Of a stretch of DNA of 64,000 nt, positions 35,101 through 46,900 are shown in pieces; within the stretch, counting starts at the first letter, position 1, and every line of letters begins with the position of its first letter. Origin of the DNA: Eledone cirrhosa (lineage: Eukaryota); contig OZ024743.1 of the NCBI GenBank assembly GCA_964016885.1, positions 132,928,001 through 132,992,000 of the forward strand. The letters run 5' to 3'. The position numbers and the translations under genes are program-made. The notes under the pieces were generated by a model. It was not told the origin of the DNA, did no database searches, and worked only from the letters and a program-made list of their open reading frames with translations.

Positions 35101-38100
35101 TTGGTGCTTGGTGTTTGGTGCTTTTTGCTTGGTGCTTGGTGCTTGGTGTTTGGTTCTGGGTGCTTGGTGCTTGGTGTTTGGTGTTATATGCTTGGTGTTT
35201 GATGCTTGGTGCTTGGTGCTTGGTGTTTGGTGTTTGGTGCTTGGTGTTTGATGCTTGGTGCTTGGTGCTTGGTGTTTGGTGCTTGGTGCTTGGTGTTTGG
35301 TGCTTGGTGCTTGGTGTTTGGTGCTTGGTGTTTGGTGCTTGGTGTTTGGTGCTTGGTGCTTGGTGCTTGGTGCTTGGTGTTTGGTGTTTGGTGCTTTGTG
35401 TTTGGTGCTTGGTACTTGGTGCTTGGTGCTTGGTGTTAGGTGTTTGGTGCTTGGTGCTTGGTGTCTGGTTTTTGGTGCTTGGTGCTTGGTGTTTGGTGCT
35501 TGCTGCTGGCTGCTTGGTGTTTGGTGCTTGGTGATTGGTGCTTGGTGTTTGGTGTTTGGTGCTAGGTGCTTGGTGTTTGTTGCTTGGTGCTTGGTGTTTG
35601 TACTTGGTGCTTGGTGCTTGGTTCTTGGTGTTTGGTGCTTCGTGCTTGGTGTTTGTACTTGGTGCTTGGTGATTGGTGTTTGGTTCTTGGTTCTTGGTGT
35701 TTGGTGTTTGGCGTTTGGTGTTTGGTGCTTGGTGCTTGGTGTTTGGTGCTTGGTGCTTGGTGTTTGGTGCCTGGTGCTTGGTGCTTGGTGTTTGGTGTTT
35801 GGTGCTTGGTGCTTGGTGCTTGGAGTTTGGTGTTTGGTGCTTGGTGCTTTGTGTTTTGTGTTCGGTGTTTGGTTTTTGGTGCTTGGTGCTTGGTCCTTGG
35901 AGTTTGGTGCTGGGTGCTTTGTGTTTGGTGCTTGGTGCTTGGTGTTTGGTGTTTGCTGCTTGGTGTTTGCTGCTTGGTGCTTGGTGCTTGGTGTTTTGTG
36001 TTTGGTGCTTGGTTCTTGGTGTTTGGTGCTTGGTGCTTGGTACTTGGTGTTTGTACTTGGTGCTTGGTGCTTGGTGTTTGGTTCTTGGTCCTTGGTGTTT
36101 GGTACTTGGTGCTTGGTGCTTGATGTTTGGTGTTTGGTGCTTGGTGTTTGGTGCTTGGTGCTTGGTGCTTGGTGTTAGGTGTTTGGTGCTTGGTCCTTGG
36201 TGTTTGGTGCTTGGTGTTTGGTGTTTGCTGTTTGGTGTTTGGTGTTTCGTGTTTGGTGTTTGCTGTTTGGTGTCTGCTTTTTGGTGTTTAGTGTTTGCTG
36301 TATGGTGTTTGGTGTTTGCTGTTTGGTGTTTGGTCTTTGGTGCTTGGTGTTTGGTGCATGGTGCTTGGTGTTTGGTGTTTGGTGCTTGGTGATTGGTGTT
36401 TGGTGTTTGGTGCTTGGTGTTTGGTGTTTGGTGCTTGGTGTCTGGTGCTTGGTGTTTGGTTTTTGGTGCTTGGTGTTTGGTGTTTGGTGCTTGGTGTTTG
36501 GTGTTTGGTGTTTGGTGCTTGGTGCTTGATCTTTGGTGTTTGGTGTTTGGTGCTTGGTGTCTGGTGCTTGGTGTTTGGTGTTTGGTGCTTGGTGTTTGGT
36601 GCTTGGTGCTTGGTGTTTGGTGCTTGGTGCTGGGTGGTTGGTGTTTGGTGCTTGGTGTTTGGTGCTGGGTGCTTGGTGTTTGGTGCTGGGTGCTTGGTAT
36701 TTGGTGCTTGGTGCTTGGTCTTTGGTGCTTGGTGTTTGGTGTTTGGTGCTTGGTCATTGGTGTTTCTACTTGGTGCTTGGTGCTTGGTTCTTGGTGTTTG
36801 GTGCTTGGTGCTTGGTGTTTGGTGTTATATGCTTGGTGTTTGATGCTTGGTGCTTGGTGCTTGGTGTTTGGTGTTTGGTGTTTGATGCTTGGTGCTTGGT
36901 GTTTGGTGCTTGCTGCTTGGTGTTTGTACTTGGTGCTTGGTGCTTGGTGCTTGGTGTTTGGTGCTTGGTATTTGGTGCTTGGTGCTTGGTGCTTGGTCCT
37001 TGGTGCTTGGTGTTTGGTGGTTGGTGTTTGGTGGTTGGTGTTAGGTGTTTGGTGCTTGGTGCTTGGTGTTTGGTGTTTGGTGCTTGGTGTTTGGTGTTTG
37101 GTGCTTGGTGTTTGGTGCTTGGTACTTGGTGATTGGTGCTTGGTGTTAGGTGTTTGGTGCTTGGTGTTTGGTGCTTGGTGTTTGGTGCTTGGTGCTTGGT
37201 GCTTGGTGCTTGGTGTTTGGTGGTTGGTGTTTGGTGCTTGGTGTTTGGTGCTTGGTGTTACGTGTTTGGTGCTTGGTGCTTGGTGTTTGGTGTTTGGTGC
37301 TTGGTGTTTGGTGTTTGGTGCTTGGTGTTTGGTGCTTTTTGCTTGGTGCTTGGTGCTTGGTGTTTGGTGCTGGGTGCTTGGTGCTTGGTGTTTGATGCTT
37401 GGTGCTTGGTGCTTGGTGTTTGGTGCTTGGTGCTTGGTGTTTGGTGCTTGGTGCTTGGTGTTTGGTGCTTGGTGTTTGGTGCTTGGTGTTTGGTGCTTGG
37501 TGCTTGGTGCTTGGTGCTTGGTGTTTCGTGTTTGGTGCTTGGTGTTTGGTGCTTGGTACTTGGTGCTTGGTGCTTGGTGTTAGGTGTTTGGTGCTTGGTG
37601 CATGGTGTCTGGTTTTTGGTGCTTGGTGCTTGGTGTTTGGTGCTTGCTGCTGGCTGCTTGGTGTTTGGTGCTTGGTGATTGGTGCTTGGTGTTTGGTGTT
37701 TGGTGCTAGGTGCTTGGTGTTTGGTGCTTGGTGCTTGGTGTTTGTACTTGGTGCTTGGTGCTTGGTTCTTGGTGTTTGGTGCTTCGTGCTTGGTGTTTGG
37801 TGCTTGGTGCTTGGTGTTTGGTGCTTGGTGTTTGGTGCTTGGTGTTTGGTGCTTGGTGCTTGGTGCTTGGTGTTTGGTGCTTGGTGTTTGGTGCTTGGTG
37901 TTAGGTGTTTGGTGCTTGGTGCTTGGTGTTTGGTGTTTGGTGCTTGGTGTTTGGTGTTTGGTGTTATATGCTTGGTGTTTGATGCTTGGTGCTTGCTGCT
38001 TGGTGTTTGGCGCTTGGTGTTTGATGCTTGGTGCTTGGTGCTTGGTGTTTGGTGCTTGGTGCTTGGTGTTTGTACTTGGTGCTTGGTGCTTGGTTCTTGG

Positions 38101-41100
38101 TGTTTGGTGCCTGGTGTTTGGTGTTTGGTGCTTGGTGTTTGGTGTTTGGTGTTATATGCTTAGTGTTTGATGCTTGGTGCTTGGTGCTTGGTGTTTGGTG
38201 CTTGGTGTTTGATGCTTGGTGCTTGGTGCTTGGTGTTTGGTGCTTGGTGCTTGGTGTTTGTACTTGGTGCTTGGTGCTTGGTTCTTGGAGTTTGGTGCTT
38301 GGTGCTTGGTGTTTGGTGCTTGGTGCTTGGTGTTTGGTGCTTGGTGTTTGGTGCTTGGTGTTTGGTGCTTGGTGCTTGGTGCTTAGTGCTTGGTGTTTGG
38401 TGCTTGGTGTTAGGTGTTTGGTGCTTGGTGCTTGGTGTTTGGTGTTTGGTGCTTGGTGTTTGGTGCTTGGTGTTTGGTGTTAGGTGTTTGGTGCTTGGTG
38501 TTTGGTGTTTGGTGCTTGGTGTTTGGTGCTTGGTGTTTGGTGCTTGGTGTGTGGTGCTTGGTACTTGGTGCTTGGTGCTTCGTGTTAGGTGTTTGGTGCT
38601 TGGTGCTTGGTGTTTGGTTTTTGGTGCTTGGTGCTTGGTGTTTGGTGTTTGGTGCTTGCTGCTGGCTGCTTGGTGTTTGATGCTTGGTGATTGGTGCTTG
38701 GTGTTTTGTGCTTGGTGTTTGGTGTTTTGTGCTAGGTGCTTGGTGTTTGGTGCTTGGTGCTTGGTGCTTGGTGTTTGGTGTTTGGTTTTAGGTGCTTGGT
38801 GCTTGGTGTTTGGTGCTTGGTGCTGGGTGGTTGGTGTTTAGTGCTTGGTGTTTGGTGCTGGGTGCTTGGTGTTTGGTCCTTGGTGCTTGGTCTTTGGTGC
38901 TTGGTGTTTGGTGTTTGGTGCTTGGTGCTTGGTGCTTGGTGTTTGGTGCTTGGTGCTTGGTGTTTGGTGCTTGGTGCTTAGTGTTTGGTGCTTGGTGCTT
39001 AGTGTTTGGTGTTTGGTGCTTGGTGCTTGGTGTTTAGTGCTTAGTGTTTGGTGCTTGGTGCTTGGTGTTTGGTGTTTGCTGTTTGCTGTTTGGTGTTTGT
39101 TGTTTGGTGTTTGTTGTTTGGTGTTTGCTGTTTGGTGTTTGGTGTTTGCTTTTTGGTGTTTGGTGTTTGCTGTATGTTGTTTGGTGTTTGGTGTTTGGTG
39201 TTTGGTGTTTGGTGCTTGTTGCTTAGTGTTTGGTGCTTGGTGCTTGGTGTTTGGTGCCTGGTGCTTGGTGCTTGGTGCTTGGTGTTTGGTGTTTGGTGCT
39301 TGGTGCTTGGAGTTTGGTGTTTGGTGCTTGGTGCTTGGTGTTTCGTGTTTCGTGTTTGGTTTTTGGTGCTTGGTGCTTGGTGCTTGGTCCTTGGTGTTTG
39401 GTGCTGGGTGCTTGGTGTTTGGTGCTTGGTGCTTGGTCTTTGGTCCTTTGTGTTTGGTGCTTGGTCCTTGGTGTTTGGTGCTTGGTGCTTGGTGTTTGGT
39501 GCTTGGTGCTTGGTGCTTGGTGTTTGGTTTTTGGTGCTTGGTGTTTGGTGTTTGGTGTTTGGTGCTTGGTGCTTGGTGTTTGGTGCTTGGTGCTTAGTGT
39601 TTGGTGCTTGGTGCTTAGTGTTTGGTGTTTGGTGCTTGGTGCTTGGTGTTTAGTGCTTGGTGTTTGATGCATGGTGATTTGTGCTTGGTGTTTGGTGCTT
39701 GGTGTTTGGTGTTTGATGCTTGGTGCTTGGTGTTTGGTGTTTGAAGCTTGGTGCTTGGTGCTTGGTGCTTGGTGATTGGTGTTTGTTGTTTGGTGTTTGC
39801 TGTTTGGTGTTTGGTGTTTGCTTTTTGGTGTTTGGTGTTTGCTGTATGTTGTTTGGTGTTTGGTGTTTGGTGTTTGGTGTTTGGTGTTTGGTGCTTGTTG
39901 CTTGGTGTTTGGTGCTTGGTGCTTGGTGTTTGTTGCCTGGTGCTTGGTGCTTGGTGCTTGGTGTTTGGTGTTTGGTGCTTGGTGCTTGGAGTTTGGTGTT
40001 TGGTGCTTGGTGCTTGGTGTTTCGTGTTTCGTGTTTGGTTTTTGGTGCTTGGTGCTTGGTGCTTGGTCCTTGGTGTTTGGTGCTGGGTGCATTGTGTTTG
40101 GTGCTTGGTGCTTGGTGCTTGGTGTTTGGTGTTTGCTGCTTGGTGTTTGATGCTTGGTGCTTGGTGGTTGGTGTTTTGTGTTTGGTGCTTGGTGCTTGGT
40201 GTTTGGTGCTTGGTGCTTGGTGCTTGGTGTTTGGTTCTTGGTTCTTGGTGTTTGGTGTTTGGCGTTTGGTGTTTGGTGCTTGGTGCTTGGTGTTTGGTGC
40301 TTGGTGCTTGGTGTTTGGTGCCTGGTGCTTGGTGCTTGGTGCTTGGTGTTTGGTGTTTGGTGCTTGGTGCTTGGTGCTTGGAGTTTGGTGTTTGGTGCTT
40401 GGTGCTTTGTGTTTTGTGTTTGGTGTTTGGTTTTTGGTGCTTGGTGCTTGGTCATTGGTGTTTGGTGCTGGGTGCTTTGTGTTTTGTGCTTGGTGCTTGG
40501 TGTTTGGTGTTTGCTGCTTGGTGTTTGATGCTTGGTGCTTGGTGCTTGGTGTTTTGTGTTTGGTGCTTGGTTCTTGGTGTTTGGTGCTTGGTGCTTGGTA
40601 CTTGGTGTTTGTACTTGGTGCTTGGTGCTTGGTGTTTGGTTCTTGGTTCTTGGTGTTTGGTACTTGGTGCTTGGTGCTTGATGTTTGGTGTTTGGTGCTT
40701 GGTGTTTGGTGCTTGGTACTTGGTGCTTGGTGCTTGGGGTTAGGTGTTTGGTGCTTGGTGCTTGGTGTTTGGTTTTTGGTGCTTGGTGCTTGGTGTTTGG
40801 TGTTTGGTGCTTGCTGCTGGCTGCTTGGTGTTTGATGCTTGGTGATTGGTGCTTGGTGTTTTGTGCTTGGTGTTTGGTGTTTGGTGCTAGGTGCTTGGTG
40901 TTTGGTGCTTGGTGCTTGGTGCTTGGTGTTTGGTGTTTGGTGTTAGGTGCTTCATGCTTGGTGTTTGGTGCTTGGTGCTGAGTGGTTGGTGTTTAGTGCT
41001 TGGTGTTTGGTGCTGGGTGCTTGGTGTTTGGTGCTTGGTGCTTGGTCTTTGGTGCTTGGTGTTTGGTGTTTGGTGCTTGGTGCTTGGTGCTTGGTGTTTG

Positions 41101-43984
41101 GTGCTTGGTGCTTGGTGTTTGGTGCTTGGTGCTTAGTGTTAGGTGCTTGGTGTTTAGTGTTTGGTGCTAGGTGCGTGGTGTTTGGTGCTTGGTGCTTGGT
41201 GTTTGGTGCCTGGTGCTTGGTGTTTGGTGTTTGGTGTTTGGTGCTTGGTGCTTGGTGTTTGGTGTTTGCTGTTTGCTGTTTGGTGTTTGTTGTTTGGTGT
41301 TTGTTGTTTGGTGTTTGCTGTTTGGTGTTTGGTGTTTGCTTTTTGGTGTTTGGTGTTTGCTGTATGTTGTTTGCTGTTTGGTGTTTGGTGTTTGGTGTTT
41401 GGTGCTTGGTGCTTGCTGCTGGCTGCTTGGTGCTTGGTGTTTGGTGCCTGGTGCTTGGTGCTTGGTGCTTGGTGTTTGGTGTTTGGTGCTTGGTGCTTGG
41501 AGTTTGGTGTTTGGTGCTTGGTGCTTGGTGCTTGGTCCTTGGTGTTTGGTGCTGGGTGCTTGGTGTTTGGTGCTTGGTGCTTGGTCTTTGGTGCTTTGTG
41601 TTTGGTGCTTGGTGCTTGGTGTTTGGTGCTTGGTGCTTGGTGTTTGGTGCTTGGTGCTTGGTGTTTGGTTTTTGGTGCTTGGTGTTTGGTGTTTGGTGTT
41701 TGGTGCTTGCTGCTGGCTGCTTGGTGTGTGATGCATGGTGATTTGAGCTTGGTGTTTGGTGCTTGGTGTTTGGTGTTTGATGCTTGGTGCTTGGTGTTTG
41801 GTGTTTGATGCTTGGTGCTTGGTGCTTGGTGCTTGGTGCTTGGTGTTTGGTGCTTGGTGTTTGGTGTTTGGTGCTTGGTGATTCATGTTTCTACTTGGTG
41901 CTTGGTGCTTGGTTCTTGGTATTTGGTGCTTGGTGCTTGGTGTTTGGTGTTATATGCTTGGTGTTTGATGCTTGGTGCTTGGTGTTTGGTGTTTGGTGTT
42001 TGATGCTTGGTGCTTGGTGTTTGGTGCTTGGTGCTTGGTGTTTGTACTTGGTGCTTGGTGCTTGGTGCTTGGTGTTTGGTGCTTGGTATTTGGTGCTTGG
42101 TGCTTGGTGCTTGGTCCTTGGTGCTTGGTGTTTGGTGGTTGGTGTTTGGTGGATGGTGTTAGGTGTTTGGTGCTTGGTGCTTGGTGTTTGGTGTTTGGTG
42201 CTTGGTGTTTGGTGTTTGGTGCTTGGTGTTTGGTGCTTGGTACTTGGTGCTTGGTGCTTGGTGTTAGGTGTTTGGTGCTTGGTGTTTGGTGCTTGGTGTT
42301 TGGTGCTTGGTGTTTGGTGCTTGGTGTTTGGTGGTTGGTGTTAGGTGTTTGGTGCTTCGTGCTTGGTGTTTGGTGTTTGGTGCTTGGTGTTTGGTGTTTG
42401 GTGCTTGGTGTTTGGTGCTTGGTACTTGGTGCTTGGTGCTTGGTGTTAGGTGTTTGGTGCTTGGTGTTTGGTGCTTGGTGTTTGGTGCTTGGTGCTTGGT
42501 GTTTGGTGCTTGGTGTTTGGTGTTTGGTGCTTGGTCATTGGTGTTTCTACTTGGTGCTTGGTGCTTGGTTCTTGGTGTTTGGTGCTTGGTGCTTGGTGTT
42601 TGGTGTTATATGCTTGGTGTTTGATGCTTGGTGCTTGGTGCTTGGTGTTTGGTGTTTGGTGTTTGATGCTTGGTGCTTGGTGTTTGGTGCTTGGTGCTTG
42701 GTGTTTGTACTTGGTGCTTGGTGCTTGGTGCTTGGTGTTTGGTGCTTGGTATTTGGTGCTTGGTGCTTGGTGCTTGGTCCTTGGTGCTTGGTGTTTGGTG
42801 GTTGGTGTTTGGTGGTTGGTGTTAGGTGTTTGGTGCTTGGTGCTTGGTGTTTGGTGTTTGGTGCTTGGTGTTTGGTGTTTGGTGCTTGGTGTTTGGTGCT
42901 TGGTACTTGGTGCTTGGTGCTTGGTGTTAGGTGTTTGGTGCTTGGTGTTTGGTGCTTGGTGTTTGGTGCTTGGTGCTTGGTGCTTGGTGCTTGGTGTTTG
43001 GTGGTTGGTGTTTGGTGCTTGGTGTTTGGTGCTTGGTGTTACTTTTTGGTGCTTGGTGCTTGGTGTTTGGTGTTTGGTGCTTGGTGTTTGGTGTTTGGTG
43101 CTTGGTGTTTGGTGCTTTTTGCTTGGTGCTTGGTGCTTGGTGTTTGGTGCTGGGTGCTTGGTGCTTGGTGTTTGGTGTTATATGCTTGGTGTTTGATGCT
43201 TGGTGCTTGGTGCTTGGTGTTTGGTGTTTGGTGCTTGGTGTTTGATGCTTGGTGCTTGGTGCTTGGTGTTTGGTGCTTGGTGCTTGGTGTTTGGTGCTTG
43301 GTGCTTGGTGTTTGGTGCTTGGTGTTTGGTGCTTGGTGTTTGGTGCTTGGTGCTTGGTGCTTGGTGCTTGGTGTTTGGTGTTTGGTGCTTGGTGTTTGGT
43401 GCTTGGTACTTGGTGCTTGGTGCTTGGTGTTAGGTGTTTGGTGCTTGGTGCTTGGTGTCTGGTTTTTGGTGCTTGGTGCTTGGTGTTTGGTGCTTGCTGC
43501 TGGCTGCTTGGTGTTTGGTGCTTGGTGATTGGTGCTTGGTGTTTGGTGTTTGGTGCTAGGTGCTTGGTGTTTGGTGCTTGGTGCTTGGTGTTTGTACTTG
43601 GTGCTTGGTGCTTGGTTCTTGGTGTTTGGTGCTTCGTGCTTGGTGTTTGGTGCTTGGTGCTTGGTGTTTGGTGCTTGGTGTTTGGTGCTTGGTGTTTGGT
43701 GCTTGGTGCTTGGTGCTTGGTGTTTGGTGCTTGGTTTTTAGTGCTTGGTGTTAGGTGTTTGGTGCTTGGTGCTTGGTGTTTGGTGTTTGGTGCTTGGTGT
43801 TTGGTGTTTGGTGTTATATGCTTGGTATTTGATGCTTGGTGCTTGGTGCTTGGTGTTTGGCGCATGGTGTTTGATGCTTTGTGCTTGGTGCTTGGTGTTT
43901 GGTGCTTGGTGCTTGGTGTTTGTACTTGGTGCTTGGTGCTTGGTTCTTGGTGTTTGGTGCCTGGTGTTTGGTGTTTGGTGCTTG

Positions 43985-46900
43985 GTGTTTGGTGTTTGGT
44001 GTTATATGCTTGGTGTTTGATGCTTGGTGCTTGGTGCTTGGTGTTTGGTGCTTGGTGTTTGATGCTTGGTGCTTGGTGCTTGGTGTTTGGTGCTTGGTGC
44101 TTGGTGTTTGTACTTGGTGCTTGGTGCTTGGTTCTTGGTGTTTGGTGCTTGGTGCTTGGTGTTTGGTGCTTGATGTTTGGTGCTTGGTGTTTGGTGCTTG
44201 GTGCTTGGTGCTTAGTGCTTGGTGTTTGGTGCTTGGTGTTAGGTGTTTGGTGCTTGGTGCTTGGTGTTTGGTGTTTGGTGCTTGGTGTTTGGTGCTTGGT
44301 GTTTGGTGTTAGGTGTTTGGTGCTTGGTGTTTGGTGTTTGATGCTTGGTGTTTGGTGCTTGGTGTTTGGTGCTTGGTGTTTGGTGCTTGGTACTTGGTGC
44401 TTGGTGCTTCGTGTTAGGTGTTTGGTGCTTGGTGCTTGGTGTTTGCTTTTTGGTGCTTGGTGCTTGGTGTTTGGTGTTTGGTGCTTGCTGCTGGCTGCTT
44501 GGTGTTTGATGCTTGGTGATTGGTGCTTGGTGTTTTGTGTTTGGTGCTTGGTGCTTGGTGTTTGGTGCTTGGTGCTTGGTGTTTGGTGCTTGGTGCTTGG
44601 TGTTTGGTTTTTGGTGCTTGGTGTTTGGTGTTTGGTGTTTGGTGCTTGCTGCTGGCTGCTTGGTGTTTGATGCATGGTGATTTGTGCTTGGTGTTTGGTG
44701 CTTGGTGTTTGGTGTTTGATGCTTGGTGCTTGGTGTTTGGTGTTTGATGCTTGGTGCTTGGTGCTTGGTGTTTGGTGCTTGGTGTTTGTTGTTTGGTGTT
44801 TGCTGTTTGGTGTTTGGTGTTTGCTTTTTGGTGTTTGGTGTTTGCTGTATGTTGTTTGGTGTTTGGTGTTTGGTGTTTGGTGTTTGGTGTTTGGTGCTTC
44901 TTGCTTGGTGTTCGGTGCTTGGTGCTTGGTGTTTGTTGCCTGGTGCTTGGTGCTTGGTGCTTGGTGTTTGGTGTTTGGTGCTTGGTGCTTGGAGTTTGGT
45001 GTTTGGTGCTTGGTGCTTGGTGTTTCGTGTTTCGTGTTTGGTTTTTGGTGCTTGGTGCTTGGTGCTTGGTCCTTGGTGTTTGGTGCTGGGTGCATTGTGT
45101 TTGGTGCTTGGTGCTTGGTGCTTGGTGTTTGGTGTTTGCTGCTTGGTGTTTGATGCTTGGTGCTTGGTGGTTGGTGTTTTGTGTTTGGTGCTTGGTGCTT
45201 GGTGCTTGGTGCTTGGTGCTTGGTGTTTGGTTCTTGGTTCTTGGTGTTTGGTGCCTGGTGCTTGGTGCTTGGTGCTTGGTGTTTGGTGTTTGGTGCTTGG
45301 TGCTTGGTGCTTGGAGTTTGGTGTTTGGTGCTTGGTGCTTTGTGTTTTGTGTCTGGTGTTTGGTTTTTGGTGCTTGGTGCTTGGTCATTGGTGTTTGGTG
45401 CTGGGTGCTTTGTGTTTTGTGCTTGGTGCTTGGTGTTTGGTGTTTGCTGCTTGGTGTTTGATGCTTGGTGCTTGGTGCTTGGTGTTTTGTGTTTGGTGCT
45501 TGGTTCTTGGTGTTTGGTGCTTGGTGCTTGGTACTTGGTGTTTGTACTTGGTGCTTGGTGCTTGGTGTTTGGTTCTTGGTTCTTGGTGTTTGGTACTTGG
45601 TGCTTGGTGCTTGATGTTTGGTGTTTGGTGCTTGGTGTTTGGTGCTTGGTACTTGGTGTTTGGTGCTTGGGGTTAGGTGTTTGGTGTTTTGTGCTTGGTG
45701 TTTGGTGTTTGGTGCTAGGTGCTTGGTGTTTGGTGCTTGGTGCTTGGTGCTTGGTGCTTGGTGCTTGGTGTTTGGTGTTTGGTGCTAGGTGCTTGGTGTT
45801 TGGTGCTTGGTGCTTGGTGCTTGGTGTTTGGTGTTTGGTTTTAGGTGCTTGGTGCTTGGTGTTTGGTGCTTGGTGCTGGGTGGTTGGTGTTTAGTGCTTG
45901 GTGTTTGGTGCTGGGTGCTTGGTGTTTGGTGCTTGGTGCTTGGTCTTTGGTGCTTGGTGTTTGGTGTTTGGTGCCTGGTGCTTGCTGCTTGGTGTTTGGT
46001 GCTTGGTGCTTGGTGTTTGGTGCTTGGTGCTTAGTGTTTGGTGCTTGGTGCTTAGTGTTTGGTGTTTGGTGCTTGGTGCTTGGTGTTTAGTGCTTAGTGT
46101 TTGGTGCTTGGTGCTTGGTGTTTGGTGTTTGCTGTTTGCTGTTTGGTGTTTGTTGTTTGGTGTTTGTTGTTTGGTGTTTGCTGTTTGGTGTTTGGTGTTT
46201 GCTTTTTGGTGTTTGGTGTTTGCTGTATGTTGTTTGGTGTTTGGTGTTTGGTGTTTGGTGTTTGGTGCTTGGTGCTTGATGTTTGGTGCCTGGTGCTTGG
46301 TGCTTGGTGCTTGGTGTTTAGTGTTTGGTGCTTGGTGCTTGGAGTTTGGTGTTTGGTGCTTGGTGCTTGGTGTATCGTGTTTCGTGTTTGGTTTTTGGTG
46401 CTTGGTGCTTGGTGCTTGGTCCTTGGTGTTTGGTGCTGGGTGCATTGTGTTTGGTGCTTGGTGCTTGGTGCTTGGTGTTTGGTGTTTGCTGCTTGGTGTT
46501 TGATGCTTGGTGCTTGGTGGTTGGTGTTTTGTGTTTGGTGCTTGGTGCTTGGTGTTTGGTGCTTGGTTCTTGGTGCTTGGTGTTTGGTTCTTGGTTCTTG
46601 GTGTTTGGTGTTTGGCGTTTGGTGTTTGGTGCTTGGTGCTTGGTGTTTGGTGCTTGGTGCTTGGTGTTTGGTGCCTGGTGCTTGGTGCTTGGTGCTTGGT
46701 GTTTGGTGTTTGGTGCTTGGTGCTTGGTGCTTGGAGTTTGGTGTTTGGTGCTTGGTGCTTTGTGTTTTGTGTTTGGTGTTTGGTTTTTGGTGCTTGGTGC
46801 TTGGTCATTGGTGTTTGGTGCTGGGTGCTTTGTGTTTTGTGCTTGGTGCTTGGTGTTTGGTGTTTGCTGCTTGGTGTTTGATGCTTGGTGCTTGGTGCTT

